Source: Candidatus Gottesmanbacteria bacterium RIFCSPLOWO2_01_FULL_42_22 (GTDB taxonomy: Bacteria > Patescibacteriota > Microgenomatia > 2-02-FULL-39-11). From it: a stretch of 64,000 nt of DNA. The translations under genes and the position numbers were made by a program. The notes under the pieces were generated by a model. That model did no database searches. It was not told where the DNA came from and saw only the letters and a program-made list of their open reading frames with translations. Every line of letters begins with the position of its first letter. Position 1 is the first letter of the stretch. Below are positions 1 through 9,444 of the stretch, in pieces. The stretch is taken from NCBI GenBank assembly GCA_001779315.1, contig MFJU01000028.1, positions 614-64,613 on the forward strand, written 5' to 3'.

Positions 1-465
1 TCACCCTCCGGCGAGCAATGTAGTTTATTTTAGAGTTCACATTTTTCTGTTTTCTTGTCGACCCACCCGCCCAAAATATTGTAGGCGGCGACCCCGATTT
101 TGTGCGAGAGAGCCTCCTAGGGGAGACTTCGCCCGTGTTTTTCTGAATTTATTATCTACTTCAGTCTCTGCCGGAGTTTATTTATGTTTATTATCGCCTG
201 CAGTCGCGGGGTCAGTCCTTAAATCCGCCCCCGCCTCATTTATCATTTCCCCTCTGAGCGTTCGATCTTCTTTGGTAGTTCGGACGGGTTCGCCCCGCGC
301 TTACTTCTCCAGGGCTTTTTTTGCGGGGCTCACGAAGTCGGGAGCACTCTTTGTATGTCTTTTAGCTCGGTTGTCTTTCTGTCGTGCTCCCTCCTTTTTA
401 GGAGGTTATATCCGAAGGGGCGGGGACGGCGGACACCGCCTTTTTATATTAGATTTAATATTTAT

Positions 466-1188
466 TTAACGCGAATTACTTTTTATCTTTTTTACTATTT
501 CCTCGATATCTTTTTGACTTTTTGTTTTAGTTGATTCAATTTCTTTAAATAATTTCTTGGCTTCTTTAGATATATCTTCCTTTTTAATTGAAGAACCGCT
601 TGTTTTAATAAACCATCTGCCAATTTTTGTTCCAAGTGGAATATCTTTATTCGCCATTAATCTTACTTTAGCCATGAGTTGAATAGTGCGGTTTTGCATA
701 TCTGTAAGGAATGCCTCAATTGCAATAAGTTGTTCAGAATATATTTGAGCATTTATAAGATAGTCCTGTTTTTGTATATGATGTTGAATATAAGCATTTT
801 TGATATCCAGATATCCATCTGTCAGGCTGTCAATGTCATCGTTTAATTTCCTGAGTTGGTTATTAAAACTGAATAGATCGTTAATTAGATCGATGTCGTG
901 CAAATTTACATAATGAGAACGATTGATAGGTAATTGACGAATTTTGCTGAAATAAATATTTCCAGAAGTGATTGCGTTATTGAAGAAAGGGATAAGGAAG
1001 AGGTTATCATGGATAATCCCACCTAACTCATTTAATTGTGTTTCGAGAAGAACAAGAGCGTTGTAATGTTTTAGCTGTCTTTCGTAAATTTTGGAGAAGA
1101 ACTCTGCCAATCTTAAAAACAAAAACGCAAAGAAAGCACCTGCAAAGGCGCTGAATCCTTGAATTAAGAGTTCAGTCTTTGAGTCCAT
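466..1188 (-). CDS. Hypothetical protein with an N-terminal TM helix and a helical body
   Basis: 240-aa AT-rich ORF with hydrophobic GFSAFAGAFFAFLFL; no family recognised. Confidence 0.75.
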   Translation of the reverse strand: MDSKTELLIQGFSAFAGAFFAFLFLRLAEFFSKIYERQLKHYNALVLLETQLNELGGIIHDNLFLIPFFNNAITSGNIYFSKIRQLPINRSHYVNLHDIDLINDLFSFNNQLRKLNDDIDSLTDGYLDIKNAYIQHHIQKQDYLINAQIYSEQLIAIEAFLTDMQNRTIQLMAKVRLMANKDIPLGTKIGRWFIKTSGSSIKKEDISKEAKKLFKEIESTKTKSQKDIEEIVKKIKSNSR

Positions 1189-1516
1189 AATTTTTTTCTA
1201 TCTTTTGTGGATTAAGATCCTAAATTCTAATGGAACTGTTAGTGAAATTATACTCTAAAAAATGAAAAGTGCCTGAAAGATATTGTAGAAGTAAAAGAAG
1301 TGCATGGTTGTGCCCACGCGTGTGTGTTGCATGGCGCAACCACTCTTTTACTTTACTCTACGTTACCATTCAGGCAACTTTTCTTGTCACTTCAACTTGC
1401 GGAATTACGACACACAGGAGTGTGTCTTGGGTAAAGTGCGTTTCAGCACTTTCTTGGTTGCTTCTAACGGAGCCCTCCGTTCCCATTACGGGGCATTTAT
1501 ATTAAATATTTAACTT

Positions 1517-1954
1517 CTACTGAACAGGCTTGACGAACTCTGCGATGATATTGATCGAACCGTAATTCTCCTCCTCATGCGGGTTGGTGAGAGTAAAACT
1601 GGCGGGTGTGCTTTTGTCTGTCCGCTCAATGATGTATGATCCTGCCGGGAGTCGTTGACTAACGTAGTCAATAACTTCACCGTAGTCATCTCTAACGGTA
1701 ATGTTATTCCCATTATCAATCAGGATTTCACCACCCACTGCTGTAATTCTCACTTTTTCGTAGACCGAGAGATCAACGTTGCCAATCGGCGAGAAGTCTT
1801 TATAGATCTTCACGTCGCATTTGGCATTGTATCCTGCCCAAGAAGGACATAGGGAGCCAGTGCCTTCACTGACTCTACTTGTCAGGCATCCGGTCAGCAG
1901 GGTACTGACTACCACCAAAACAAAAAACGCTTTGTTACGCATTTTGGCCTCCAT
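1517..1954 (-). CDS. Putative lipoprotein
   Basis: Lipobox-like signal MRNKAFFVLVVVSTLLTGC; the true start is probably the second Met. Confidence 0.7.
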   Translation of the reverse strand: MEAKMRNKAFFVLVVVSTLLTGCLTSRVSEGTGSLCPSWAGYNAKCDVKIYKDFSPIGNVDLSVYEKVRITAVGGEILIDNGNNITVRDDYGEVIDYVSQRLPAGSYIIERTDKSTPASFTLTNPHEEENYGSINIIAEFVKPVQ

Positions 1955-2021
1955 AGTTGCTAGAGATGGTTTTAGAAATTCAAGGTTGTAGTTTTTAGAT
2001 GGTTTATTCTTCTCCTTTTAT

Positions 2022-2624
2022 CTATTCCTCAAAAGTTGAGGTTACGTCCATGGCGTAGTTCTTGTCGGCGTGACGCACGATCAGGGCTGTCGTGATAATC
2101 CCACCCGTCAGAGCGAGAATCACCAACAGAATGATGAGCAGCGCTGCCGCACTATCTTTGCTGCTCTTGCGCTTGCCGCCAAAGAAAAACTTCATGACGT
2201 TTTCCAACGCATCGCCAGAGTGGCTTGCCGCCGTCCAGACATTCCGAGCATGCGCGTAGGTGTTCCATGCCGCGACAGCCACATCACCCAGATTACGACG
2301 CTTCCAAGCTACGATCAGACTGTGGATCCAGATGACGGTGCCACTGCCGAGAAGCGCTGGGATCAAGATCAGATAGCCCAAGTCGAACATGACCGATGCT
2401 TGCTCGTAAGTCAGCAATTCGCCGATGACAGCGCCGACGGTCAGCAGAGTGAGGTATACCCAGGTGAATCCCACCGCTGCCATAACCACGGCTGCCCAGA
2501 CGATGACGCGTACCCAGCCGCCTACAACTTTTGCTTCAGTCCAGAAGCGACCAGCAGACCAGGCGTTCCACCAGCTAATACCAAAGTTCAGTATCAGCAT
2601 TCCGAAGAGGATCAATTCGTTCAT
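2022..2624 (-). CDS. Multi-pass membrane protein
   Basis: 200 aa with ~4-5 hydrophobic segments; AAGGAG RBS upstream on the minus strand. Confidence 0.8.
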   Translation of the reverse strand: MNELILFGMLILNFGISWWNAWSAGRFWTEAKVVGGWVRVIVWAAVVMAAVGFTWVYLTLLTVGAVIGELLTYEQASVMFDLGYLILIPALLGSGTVIWIHSLIVAWKRRNLGDVAVAAWNTYAHARNVWTAASHSGDALENVMKFFFGGKRKSSKDSAAALLIILLVILALTGGIITTALIVRHADKNYAMDVTSTFEE

Positions 2625-3002
2625 GTGTCAGTCTCCTTATCAATAGATTTTTCAGACTTTAAGTCTGGCCATCCGAATGGAAAGCGCCCTAAGCACTAAA
2701 TTAATGCCCAAAGCGCTTCCCACTCAGAGAAGAGACTTTTAATCCGCAAGTTTTTAAAGTGCAAGAAATAGAAAACTTACAAGACAATAAAATAACGGGT
2801 GCAAAATACCCACTTTTATTTATCTTGTGAGGCTGAATACTACTATAGGCTTTCTTATCAATTTCTCCTTTGCATTTTTTTTCAAACTTGATATATTATT
2901 TTTGCACACAACTTATTGGATTGCTTTTTTAACGGCCGTCTTGGACAACTAGAGCAATCCAGTTGTGTGCACCAGGGCGGCCGTTAATGTCCTTATTTTT
3001 AA

Positions 3003-3301
3003 AAATTTTTGCGTTTTCTTTTGGTTTGCTGACGCGGAGTAGAGCCGACAGTTTTAGGCGAAACCCCGATAGCAATCGGGGCCGACCTGCCCGCCGTAGC
3101 TAGGCGAAGGCGGGGCTAACGCAAGGCGGAAAAGTAAGTTCGAATTTTTTCGAAAATCACTGCACACAGGGAATCCGCGTTTGAACGGGTATGGAGGCTC
3201 TCCGCGGGTGGGGGCGCGCAGAGCATGGCAAAAGGCTGCCGCAGGGAAACGGAGAGATGGTCGATTTTTGAAAAGAAGCTCAAAAGAAAACGCAAAAATT
3301 T
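3003..3301. repeat. Perfect 21-bp inverted repeat (3003-3023 / 3281-3301)
   Basis: aaatttttgcgttttcttttg at 3003-3023 is the exact reverse complement of caaaagaaaacgcaaaaattt at 3281-3301. Confidence 0.9.
3160..3256. repeat. Left copy of the ~97-bp inverted repeat flanking the recombinase
   Basis: Reverse complement of 4716-4813 with one substitution and a 1-bp indel in a G run; degenerate extension to ~3281/4691. Confidence 0.95.
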
Positions 3302-3314
3302 AAGAGAACTGCTT

Positions 3315-4892
3315 ATGAAATATATTGCTTATTGCAGGAAATCCACAGATGAAAAAGACCGGCAAGTTTTATCCATTGAGGCTCAAATTGCAGAACTTAA
3401 GGAATATGCTCAAAGAGAACATCTGGAAATTGTTGATTTTATAACCGAGAGTAAGACAGCAAAAGAGCCGGGGAGAGGAAAATTTAATGAGCTTTTGAAC
3501 TTAATCGAAAAAGGACGGGCAAACGGGATTGTTTCCTGGCACCCCGACAGACTTGCTAGAAACTCCATAGACGGCGGGAAAATCATTTATCTGATAGATA
3601 CAGGCAAGCTTGTTTCTCTGAAATTCCCTTCTTTCTGGTTTGAGAATACACCGCAAGGCAAATTCATGCTTTCAATTGCGTTCGGACAGAGTAAATATTA
3701 TGTAGATAACCTGTCTGAAAACGTTAAAAGGGGAATAAGGCAAAAACTTCGAAACGGGGTCTGGCCAGGTAAAGCCCCTCTCGGTTACTATAACGATCTA
3801 AAAGTCCATTCAATCTGTATTGATCCGGTCAATTCCAGAATTGTCAAAGCAGCGTTTGAGCTGTTTGTGTCAGGGAATAAGTCATTTACCGATATTGCCA
3901 GGTTTTTATTTTCAAAGGGGATAAAAAGAAAAACCGGAACGATACCACATATCAATCAAATCAGAAATATACTTGCCAATAAGTTTTATGTGGGGATTTT
4001 TTATCATAATGGGGAAATTTATGAAGGAACACATAAGTGTTTTATTTCCAAAGATTTATTCAGAAGAGCGCAGGAGAGATTAAAAAAGCTGGATAGGCCA
4101 CGAAATAAAGGCCATAACTTTCCGTTTGTCGGGATTGCCAGATGTAAGGAGTGCGGGGGAGCTGTAACCGCGGAAATCCATCGAAAATTCTATAAAAGTA
4201 CTAATAGACATGCGGATTATATTTATTACCGCTGTACCAAAAAATTCGGCCAGTGTTCACAAAAATATATTTCCGAAAATAATTTTGAAAAACAATTGAG
4301 AAAAATTATTTTAGATTCCTCTTTGCCATTAAGTTGGGAAAGAAATTGGAGAAAAAGGCTTGCAGATGTGGAGATAGACGAGCAAAAATCGGCACTAACA
4401 AAAATTACTCAATTAAAAGAGGATTATTCAGAGGTGAACACAAAACTTAACCTGCTTCTTGATAGCTTTCTTGACCGGACGATTGAGGCAGAAATATACA
4501 AGTCCAAGAAAAACGAGCTGATGGAGAAACGGATGAGAATTCAGGAGAAAATAGGAGAGATTGAAAAGAACGGCTCCAGTTGGCTCGAACCTATGAGAAA
4601 TTTTATGGATAGCGCCTTGCAGGCGCAAAAAAGCGCGCGGGCTAAAGATAATAACCAAGAATTGGGAATTATTGGTAAAACTGTCGGCTCGAACTTCTTT
4701 TTGGAAAATCGCCGACTCTCCGTTTCCCTGCGGCAGCCTTTTGCCATGCTCTGCGCGCCCCCACCCGCGCAGAGCCTCCATACCCGTTCAAACGCGGATT
4801 CCCCTGTGTGCAGGGCCAGGTGGAGTCGAACCACCATCAAAGGTTTTGGAGACCTCTATTCTGCCATTGAACTATGGCCCTATCGACCTTGA
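3315..4892 (+). CDS. Large serine recombinase (resolvase, recombinase, Zn-ribbon and coiled-coil domains)
   Basis: MKYIAYCRKS catalytic Ser motif, DRLARN, KAPLGY, CKECG...YYRC Zn ribbon; start taken as ATG 3315 rather than 3225; 3' end reads antisense through tRNA-Trp. Confidence 0.95.
   Translation: MKYIAYCRKSTDEKDRQVLSIEAQIAELKEYAQREHLEIVDFITESKTAKEPGRGKFNELLNLIEKGRANGIVSWHPDRLARNSIDGGKIIYLIDTGKLVSLKFPSFWFENTPQGKFMLSIAFGQSKYYVDNLSENVKRGIRQKLRNGVWPGKAPLGYYNDLKVHSICIDPVNSRIVKAAFELFVSGNKSFTDIARFLFSKGIKRKTGTIPHINQIRNILANKFYVGIFYHNGEIYEGTHKCFISKDLFRRAQERLKKLDRPRNKGHNFPFVGIARCKECGGAVTAEIHRKFYKSTNRHADYIYYRCTKKFGQCSQKYISENNFEKQLRKIILDSSLPLSWERNWRKRLADVEIDEQKSALTKITQLKEDYSEVNTKLNLLLDSFLDRTIEAEIYKSKKNELMEKRMRIQEKIGEIEKNGSSWLEPMRNFMDSALQAQKSARAKDNNQELGIIGKTVGSNFFLENRRLSVSLRQPFAMLCAPPPAQSLHTRSNADSPVCRARWSRTTIKGFGDLYSAIELWPYRP
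4716..4813. repeat. Right copy of the ~97-bp inverted repeat, inside the recombinase 3' end and abutting the tRNA 3' end
   Basis: Reverse complement of 3160-3256. Confidence 0.95.
4811..4881 (-). tRNA. tRNA-Trp (CCA)
   Basis: Minus strand: acceptor stem AGGGCCA/TGGCCCT, anticodon arm GAGGT-CTCCAAA-ACCTT, T arm GGTGG-TTCGACT-CCACC; 3' CCA not encoded. Confidence 0.95.
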
Positions 4893-4955
4893 ATTATATC
4901 ACAAAAAACGTCTCTGTCAGTTGAAAAAAAGTAATATCTGTGGTGTCATAATAAT

Positions 4956-6884
4956 ATGTGGCCTTTGATCGCTGCCCTGATCGCCTCGGCCTTGGGCTTC
5001 ACCGCCGGGATGGTAGGCAATAAACCGGCATCTTACAACCGGAATACCTCTGTCCTTTCACCTACCCCATTTTACCGCGCCTGCTATAATCCTGAACCGG
5101 ACCAAATAATTACTTTAAACTGGCCTAACAATTTTATTGATTTGCCTGACCACCGCCGGAATCTACGTCCTGATGTATTCGCTTCCTTTCCGGAAACTTT
5201 TAACTCTATCCAAGATGAGGATGGCGACGGCATTGCCGACTGCAAAGCTTATGTCATGAACAGCAAAACTACGGAAAGCGAAATACCTTCTTTGACGCGT
5301 AATTTTATTAAAGTCAGAAGTGATGTGCGCATCTCAAGCTGCAAGACTGATGAACAGGCGGGACAATATGCCTCCGATTACGACTGCGGCTGGGATCCCA
5401 AACAGTCTCTGCGCGGCAGCTGTTTTATCAAAGAAAATGTCTATCCCCCTTTAAGGAAAATCGCGGAAACGGCAGTCGAGGGAGAAATTAGGGAAATATT
5501 CTGGAATCCCTTCAGTTACAACAACGGCTGTAATTACGAAGAGGGTCATAACTGCGGGCCGGGTGACTGGAATAGCCCAAATCTCAAAGATTTCATTTAT
5601 GTCTTGAAAAGGCGGGATGCCGTTGATAAAACTGAAAAACCGAATTGCCCCTCCCTCTGGGATGCCGGCAGCAGCAATGAATCAGCCTGTTCCCACTACT
5701 TTGATGTTTATCTGGCTGAGGATACTTACCAGGCTATGCAGACAGCCGGCATACCCCAGGATCCGAATGAGAGGATGTATTTCCTCAAAAAAATCCTGGA
5801 AAACTGCCGTGAGCAATCCACGTTTACGCCTTTGCCCGATTCAATGTTGTGGATCCCGCCCTCTTTCATCAGAAAACCATTTCTGCCGCCCTCAATCCAA
5901 AATATGCCGGGAAAAATCAATCCCGTCGCCTCAATAGAAAGAGTCAATTACCAAAGCTATATTTGGAGCAAACCGAATAAGTTTGTCAGCTCAAAAACCA
6001 ATCTTCTCAAATCAACTGAAAGACCGGGCACTCTCAATATATGCCCAGGCAGTTCAAGCAACTGTTATGATCCTATCGGCACAATTGATTTCCGCGATGA
6101 AGACGGAAACAGCGAATCATACCGGGTATATTCGCAAAGGTCGGCTCCGGAAACTTTTGTGCTGGTAAAAATAAGTGACCCCACCATCCTTCACACTTAT
6201 TTTATTACCCAGAAAGACCTGCCTGCCGCAATCGGACACAGGGATCCCTCCCTCCAGCTTAAAAATATGGAATTCCTCAGCCAAAACAGCTGGACTTGGG
6301 CTACCCCCTGGTGCAAACCGGCCATTTACCTCTATCCGGAAAAGGAGACAACACTCACAGTCAAACTCAATTTGGCAGGAGAGTTGACAGCAGATATGCC
6401 TGCCTATGATCCGAACATGGGCTGGCAGGTAAAAGCATCAGCGGATGGCCAACTGATTGTTGATAACAAAATATACCCGTATTTATATTATGAGGCGAAC
6501 ATAAAAGGCAATAAACTGCCTGAAAAAGGCTGGGTGGTCGAAAAGTCAAAAGTCAAAACTTTAATATCAAAAATCTTAGCCGAAATAGGTTTCAATCCAA
6601 AGGAAATCACGGACTTTTCAGAATATTGGCTGCCCAAACTTAAGGAAAAACCCTATTATTTCGTAACTTTTCTGCCGGAAGAAGAAATCAACCTCAAAGA
6701 ACAACTGATTTTTTCCCAAGAACCGGACACTATTATCCGTGCCAGAGTAATTTTTGAGGGATTGGCTGCCCCGTTTTCCGTTACAGAACCTGAAATCCAT
6801 AAAAAGAAAAGGAAAGGATTTACAGTCACTGACTGGGGGGCAACGTTAATCAATCATTCGTGCTCTGATTGGAAAATGGAATAA
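4956..6884 (+). CDS. Secreted Cys-containing protein with a conserved uncharacterised C-terminal domain
   Basis: N-terminal signal; C-terminal KPAIYLYP...YLYYE...DFSEYW pattern that I recall from many uncharacterised bacterial proteins. Confidence 0.8.
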   Translation: MWPLIAALIASALGFTAGMVGNKPASYNRNTSVLSPTPFYRACYNPEPDQIITLNWPNNFIDLPDHRRNLRPDVFASFPETFNSIQDEDGDGIADCKAYVMNSKTTESEIPSLTRNFIKVRSDVRISSCKTDEQAGQYASDYDCGWDPKQSLRGSCFIKENVYPPLRKIAETAVEGEIREIFWNPFSYNNGCNYEEGHNCGPGDWNSPNLKDFIYVLKRRDAVDKTEKPNCPSLWDAGSSNESACSHYFDVYLAEDTYQAMQTAGIPQDPNERMYFLKKILENCREQSTFTPLPDSMLWIPPSFIRKPFLPPSIQNMPGKINPVASIERVNYQSYIWSKPNKFVSSKTNLLKSTERPGTLNICPGSSSNCYDPIGTIDFRDEDGNSESYRVYSQRSAPETFVLVKISDPTILHTYFITQKDLPAAIGHRDPSLQLKNMEFLSQNSWTWATPWCKPAIYLYPEKETTLTVKLNLAGELTADMPAYDPNMGWQVKASADGQLIVDNKIYPYLYYEANIKGNKLPEKGWVVEKSKVKTLISKILAEIGFNPKEITDFSEYWLPKLKEKPYYFVTFLPEEEINLKEQLIFSQEPDTIIRARVIFEGLAAPFSVTEPEIHKKKRKGFTVTDWGATLINHSCSDWKME

Positions 6885-6931
6885 AAAAGGCTCTTGCGAA
6901 GAAAGTTTTTTTATGATTAATTATTAGGAGT

Positions 6932-7615
6932 ATGGACCCGAATCCTGCAACCAATAATTCTTTGGGTTCCTCCACTCCAACCGGCACTCCGGATTCCAAC
7001 CAACCTCCGAAAATAAATTATTCTGTACCTAGTAGTTCCGCGGTTCCAAATACAGCCATACCGCAAACTGTTCCTTCATTTGCCTCTCCCTCAAACCCTA
7101 TGCCTCCATCCCCGCCTCCATTTACCCCGGGACCGCCTTCAACTCCCCCGCCTTTCTCACCGCCTCCTCCTGTGGGCCCTCTATCCCAGATGCCTCCTTC
7201 ATTCTCCCCGCCCCCAGAGCCTCCCCCCATCAGTAATCCGGTGATTGTTTCCTCCCAAGCTTCCGGAAAATTTCCCCTGATGGCGGTCATGCTAATTTTG
7301 ATTTTAATCATTAGCGGTTTCTCCGGCTCTTTCCTGTATTTCCGCTTTATCGGTAAAAATAACAGATCCGGCGGCTCAAAGATCATCAACGAAGACATGA
7401 CTCAACCGCAGATCAGCCGCGCCAAAGATAATATCGAGCTTCTGAAGCCATCAAGCGAGGCCGGCTCATTAAAACCAGGTGACATAAACTACAAAAATCC
7501 TTTTGACACAGCCGAGCAGGAAAATCCTTTTGCCAGCGAAAGTTCTTACCAAAACCCTTTCGGCGAAGAAGAGTCGCTCTCAAGCTATCAGAATCCGTTT
7601 GAAACAACACCATGA
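6932..7615 (+). CDS. Pro-rich single-TM protein with four C-terminal NPF repeats
   Basis: AGGAG RBS, Pro/Ser-rich N-terminus, TM helix, YKNPF/QENPF/YQNPF/YQNPF. Confidence 0.8.
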   Translation: MDPNPATNNSLGSSTPTGTPDSNQPPKINYSVPSSSAVPNTAIPQTVPSFASPSNPMPPSPPPFTPGPPSTPPPFSPPPPVGPLSQMPPSFSPPPEPPPISNPVIVSSQASGKFPLMAVMLILILIISGFSGSFLYFRFIGKNNRSGGSKIINEDMTQPQISRAKDNIELLKPSSEAGSLKPGDINYKNPFDTAEQENPFASESSYQNPFGEEESLSSYQNPFETTP

Positions 7616-8499
7616 TAAAATTTCAAATTTTTCTTTCCTCACTGCTAATTTTTTTCTTTTATTTATATTTTGCTCAAAATATTTCCGCCGCTCCCCGCTA
7701 TCCGCTGCGGGAATTGGGCAGCTGCCGTGATGCCAAAGAGTGTTCGTTTTACTGCCAAATACCTAAAAATTATCCATCCTGCTGGTCATTCGGCAAATAT
7801 ATTTTAAACGGCAATGTCCTGGGAGAAACAACCGTCTCTGATGAAACAATAGCCAAAGAAAACAATGTCACGTTCCCGATTGCCGACTTAGGCAACTGCA
7901 ATAGTGTCGCCGAATGCCGCCAGTTTTGCGCTGTCGAAACTAATCGGGCTGCCTGTAAAGAATTCGCCCTCAAGAAAAAACTGCTAAAAGCCAAGGTCAA
8001 AACAATCAAACAGGACCTTTTGAATACCGCCAGAAAGGAACTGGGTTGCGTGAGCGCTGCGGCCTGTTTTGAATTCTGTCTGGATGAGGCCAACCGCGAT
8101 ACCTGCCAGGCTTTCGGAGAAACATATAGCCTGGTCAAAAAAGCAGCTGTAGAAGTCCAAGTAATTTTACCCGAAGTCCTGCAAAAAAGCCGCCTGGAAC
8201 TGGGCTGCAGCAATGAAGCAAGCTGTAAAAACCTCTGCGACCATCCGGATAACCAAAAAAAATGCGCCGCTTTTGCCAAAAAATATACCCTGCGTCAAAA
8301 ACAACCGCTAAAAACTGCCTCTTCTCTAAAGGGCTGCCAAACAGAAGAAGAATGCCGGCAGGAATGCCGCCTGAATCCCGACAAATGTCCGGGTTTCCCT
8401 ATAGAAAGGATTCCTTCTTTTGAAAACCTCTCTACCTCTACCAAAGAAGCAGAACCGACTGAAGCTGAATCGACTAAAGCCGCCAGCAGCGAATTTTAA
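7612..8499 (+). CDS. Secreted Cys-rich repeat protein
   Basis: Signal peptide; about five LGxC-x5-C-x3-C-x8-C-like units; ATGA overlap with the upstream gene. Confidence 0.85.
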   Translation: MIKFQIFLSSLLIFFFYLYFAQNISAAPRYPLRELGSCRDAKECSFYCQIPKNYPSCWSFGKYILNGNVLGETTVSDETIAKENNVTFPIADLGNCNSVAECRQFCAVETNRAACKEFALKKKLLKAKVKTIKQDLLNTARKELGCVSAAACFEFCLDEANRDTCQAFGETYSLVKKAAVEVQVILPEVLQKSRLELGCSNEASCKNLCDHPDNQKKCAAFAKKYTLRQKQPLKTASSLKGCQTEEECRQECRLNPDKCPGFPIERIPSFENLSTSTKEAEPTEAESTKAASSEF

Positions 8500-8581
8500 T
8501 ACCCCTCTTCCAAACCCGATTGACAAGGTAAAAAATTTCCCGTAACGTGAAATAAGATAGATAAAAAAAGGCGGTGATCAC

Positions 8582-8701
8582 ATGGCCAAAAGAAAAAATT
8601 CAGAAGATCTATTTAAAAGCCATCCGGAATTAAAATTCCTCTTAGTCGTTTTTTTGGGATTGGTAATAGTCTTCGGAGTAATTATTTTTAAAACAGGTTA
8701 A
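8582..8701 (+). CDS. Small membrane protein (39 aa, below the ORF-track cutoff)
   Basis: MAKRKNSEDLFKSHPELKFLLVVFLGLVIVFGVIIFKTG; AGGCGGTGA RBS; TTGACA at ~8520; abuts the next ATG. Confidence 0.65.
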   Translation: MAKRKNSEDLFKSHPELKFLLVVFLGLVIVFGVIIFKTG

Positions 8702-9361
8702 ATGGACAGGGATTCCAACTATACCCATTTTGCCATTTTGATACTGCTCTTAGTGATTTCGGTCAATCTGCTAATTATTGACCTGAAAATTTTTTCGCCT
8801 GCAGCCGATTTACGCCTGTCCGAATCAAAGACCGAAGCTGCTCCTGAACAAAACAGAATTGGAATTTTCGATCCCAAACAACAAAACATCAGTTGTCCCA
8901 GCGACTGTCTCTCTTCTATAAAAAGCGCCACCGAAAGCCTGGTATTGCGGACCGGCAATCCTCCCATAACTGCTGAGAACAATTATCAGCCCCAAACTAC
9001 CAAAGAATATTTTATCCCTTTGGGAACCGGCACAACTTCCAAAAACAGCTGGGATAACCTGATTGCCACAGAAACAGTCATCGACACGAGTGTCTACGGC
9101 ACCATCAAAGAAGCTTATTTCATCGCCGGATTGAAAAATCCGACCGGCAACGGACAGGTCGAAGCTCAAATTTATAATGTCACCGACAAAAATCCGGTTT
9201 GGGGCAGTCATGTCATCATGAACGGCCCGACAGAACAAACTATCACTTCCGGAAAAATAGGGCTGGCCAACGGAGGGAAACTTTACCGCGTGCAGCTCAA
9301 AAGCAGTATAGGCTATGAAGTAAATTTGGAAAATGCCAGAATACGAATACTGGCTTACTAA
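8702..9361 (+). CDS. Membrane-anchored hypothetical protein
   Basis: N-terminal TM helix followed by a beta-rich domain. Confidence 0.8.
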   Translation: MDRDSNYTHFAILILLLVISVNLLIIDLKIFSPAADLRLSESKTEAAPEQNRIGIFDPKQQNISCPSDCLSSIKSATESLVLRTGNPPITAENNYQPQTTKEYFIPLGTGTTSKNSWDNLIATETVIDTSVYGTIKEAYFIAGLKNPTGNGQVEAQIYNVTDKNPVWGSHVIMNGPTEQTITSGKIGLANGGKLYRVQLKSSIGYEVNLENARIRILAY

Positions 9362-9364
9362 AAA

Positions 9365-9403
9365 TCCCGGATCGTCATACCTGCGACGATCCCGGATCGT
9401 CAG
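9365..9403. repeat. REP-like palindrome, copy 1 of 3
   Basis: cccggatcgtc-N8-gacgatcccggatcgtcaga; near-identical copies at ~34170 and ~47140. Confidence 0.85.
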
Positions 9404-9444
9404 AGAGTTGACAAGAATATTTTTTTGGGATACGTTGATAATAG

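Noticed and set aside
1190-1516. Integron attC site
   Set aside because: No properly placed RYYYAAC/GTTRRRY boxes and no integron integrase in the window.
2070-2699. 209-aa plus-strand ORF
   Set aside because: Antisense shadow of the membrane protein gene at 2022-2624.
3225-3314. N-terminal extension MAKGCRRETE of the recombinase, and the antisense ORFs at 4428-4840
   Set aside because: By-products of the inverted repeat; the recombinase domain begins at ATG 3315.
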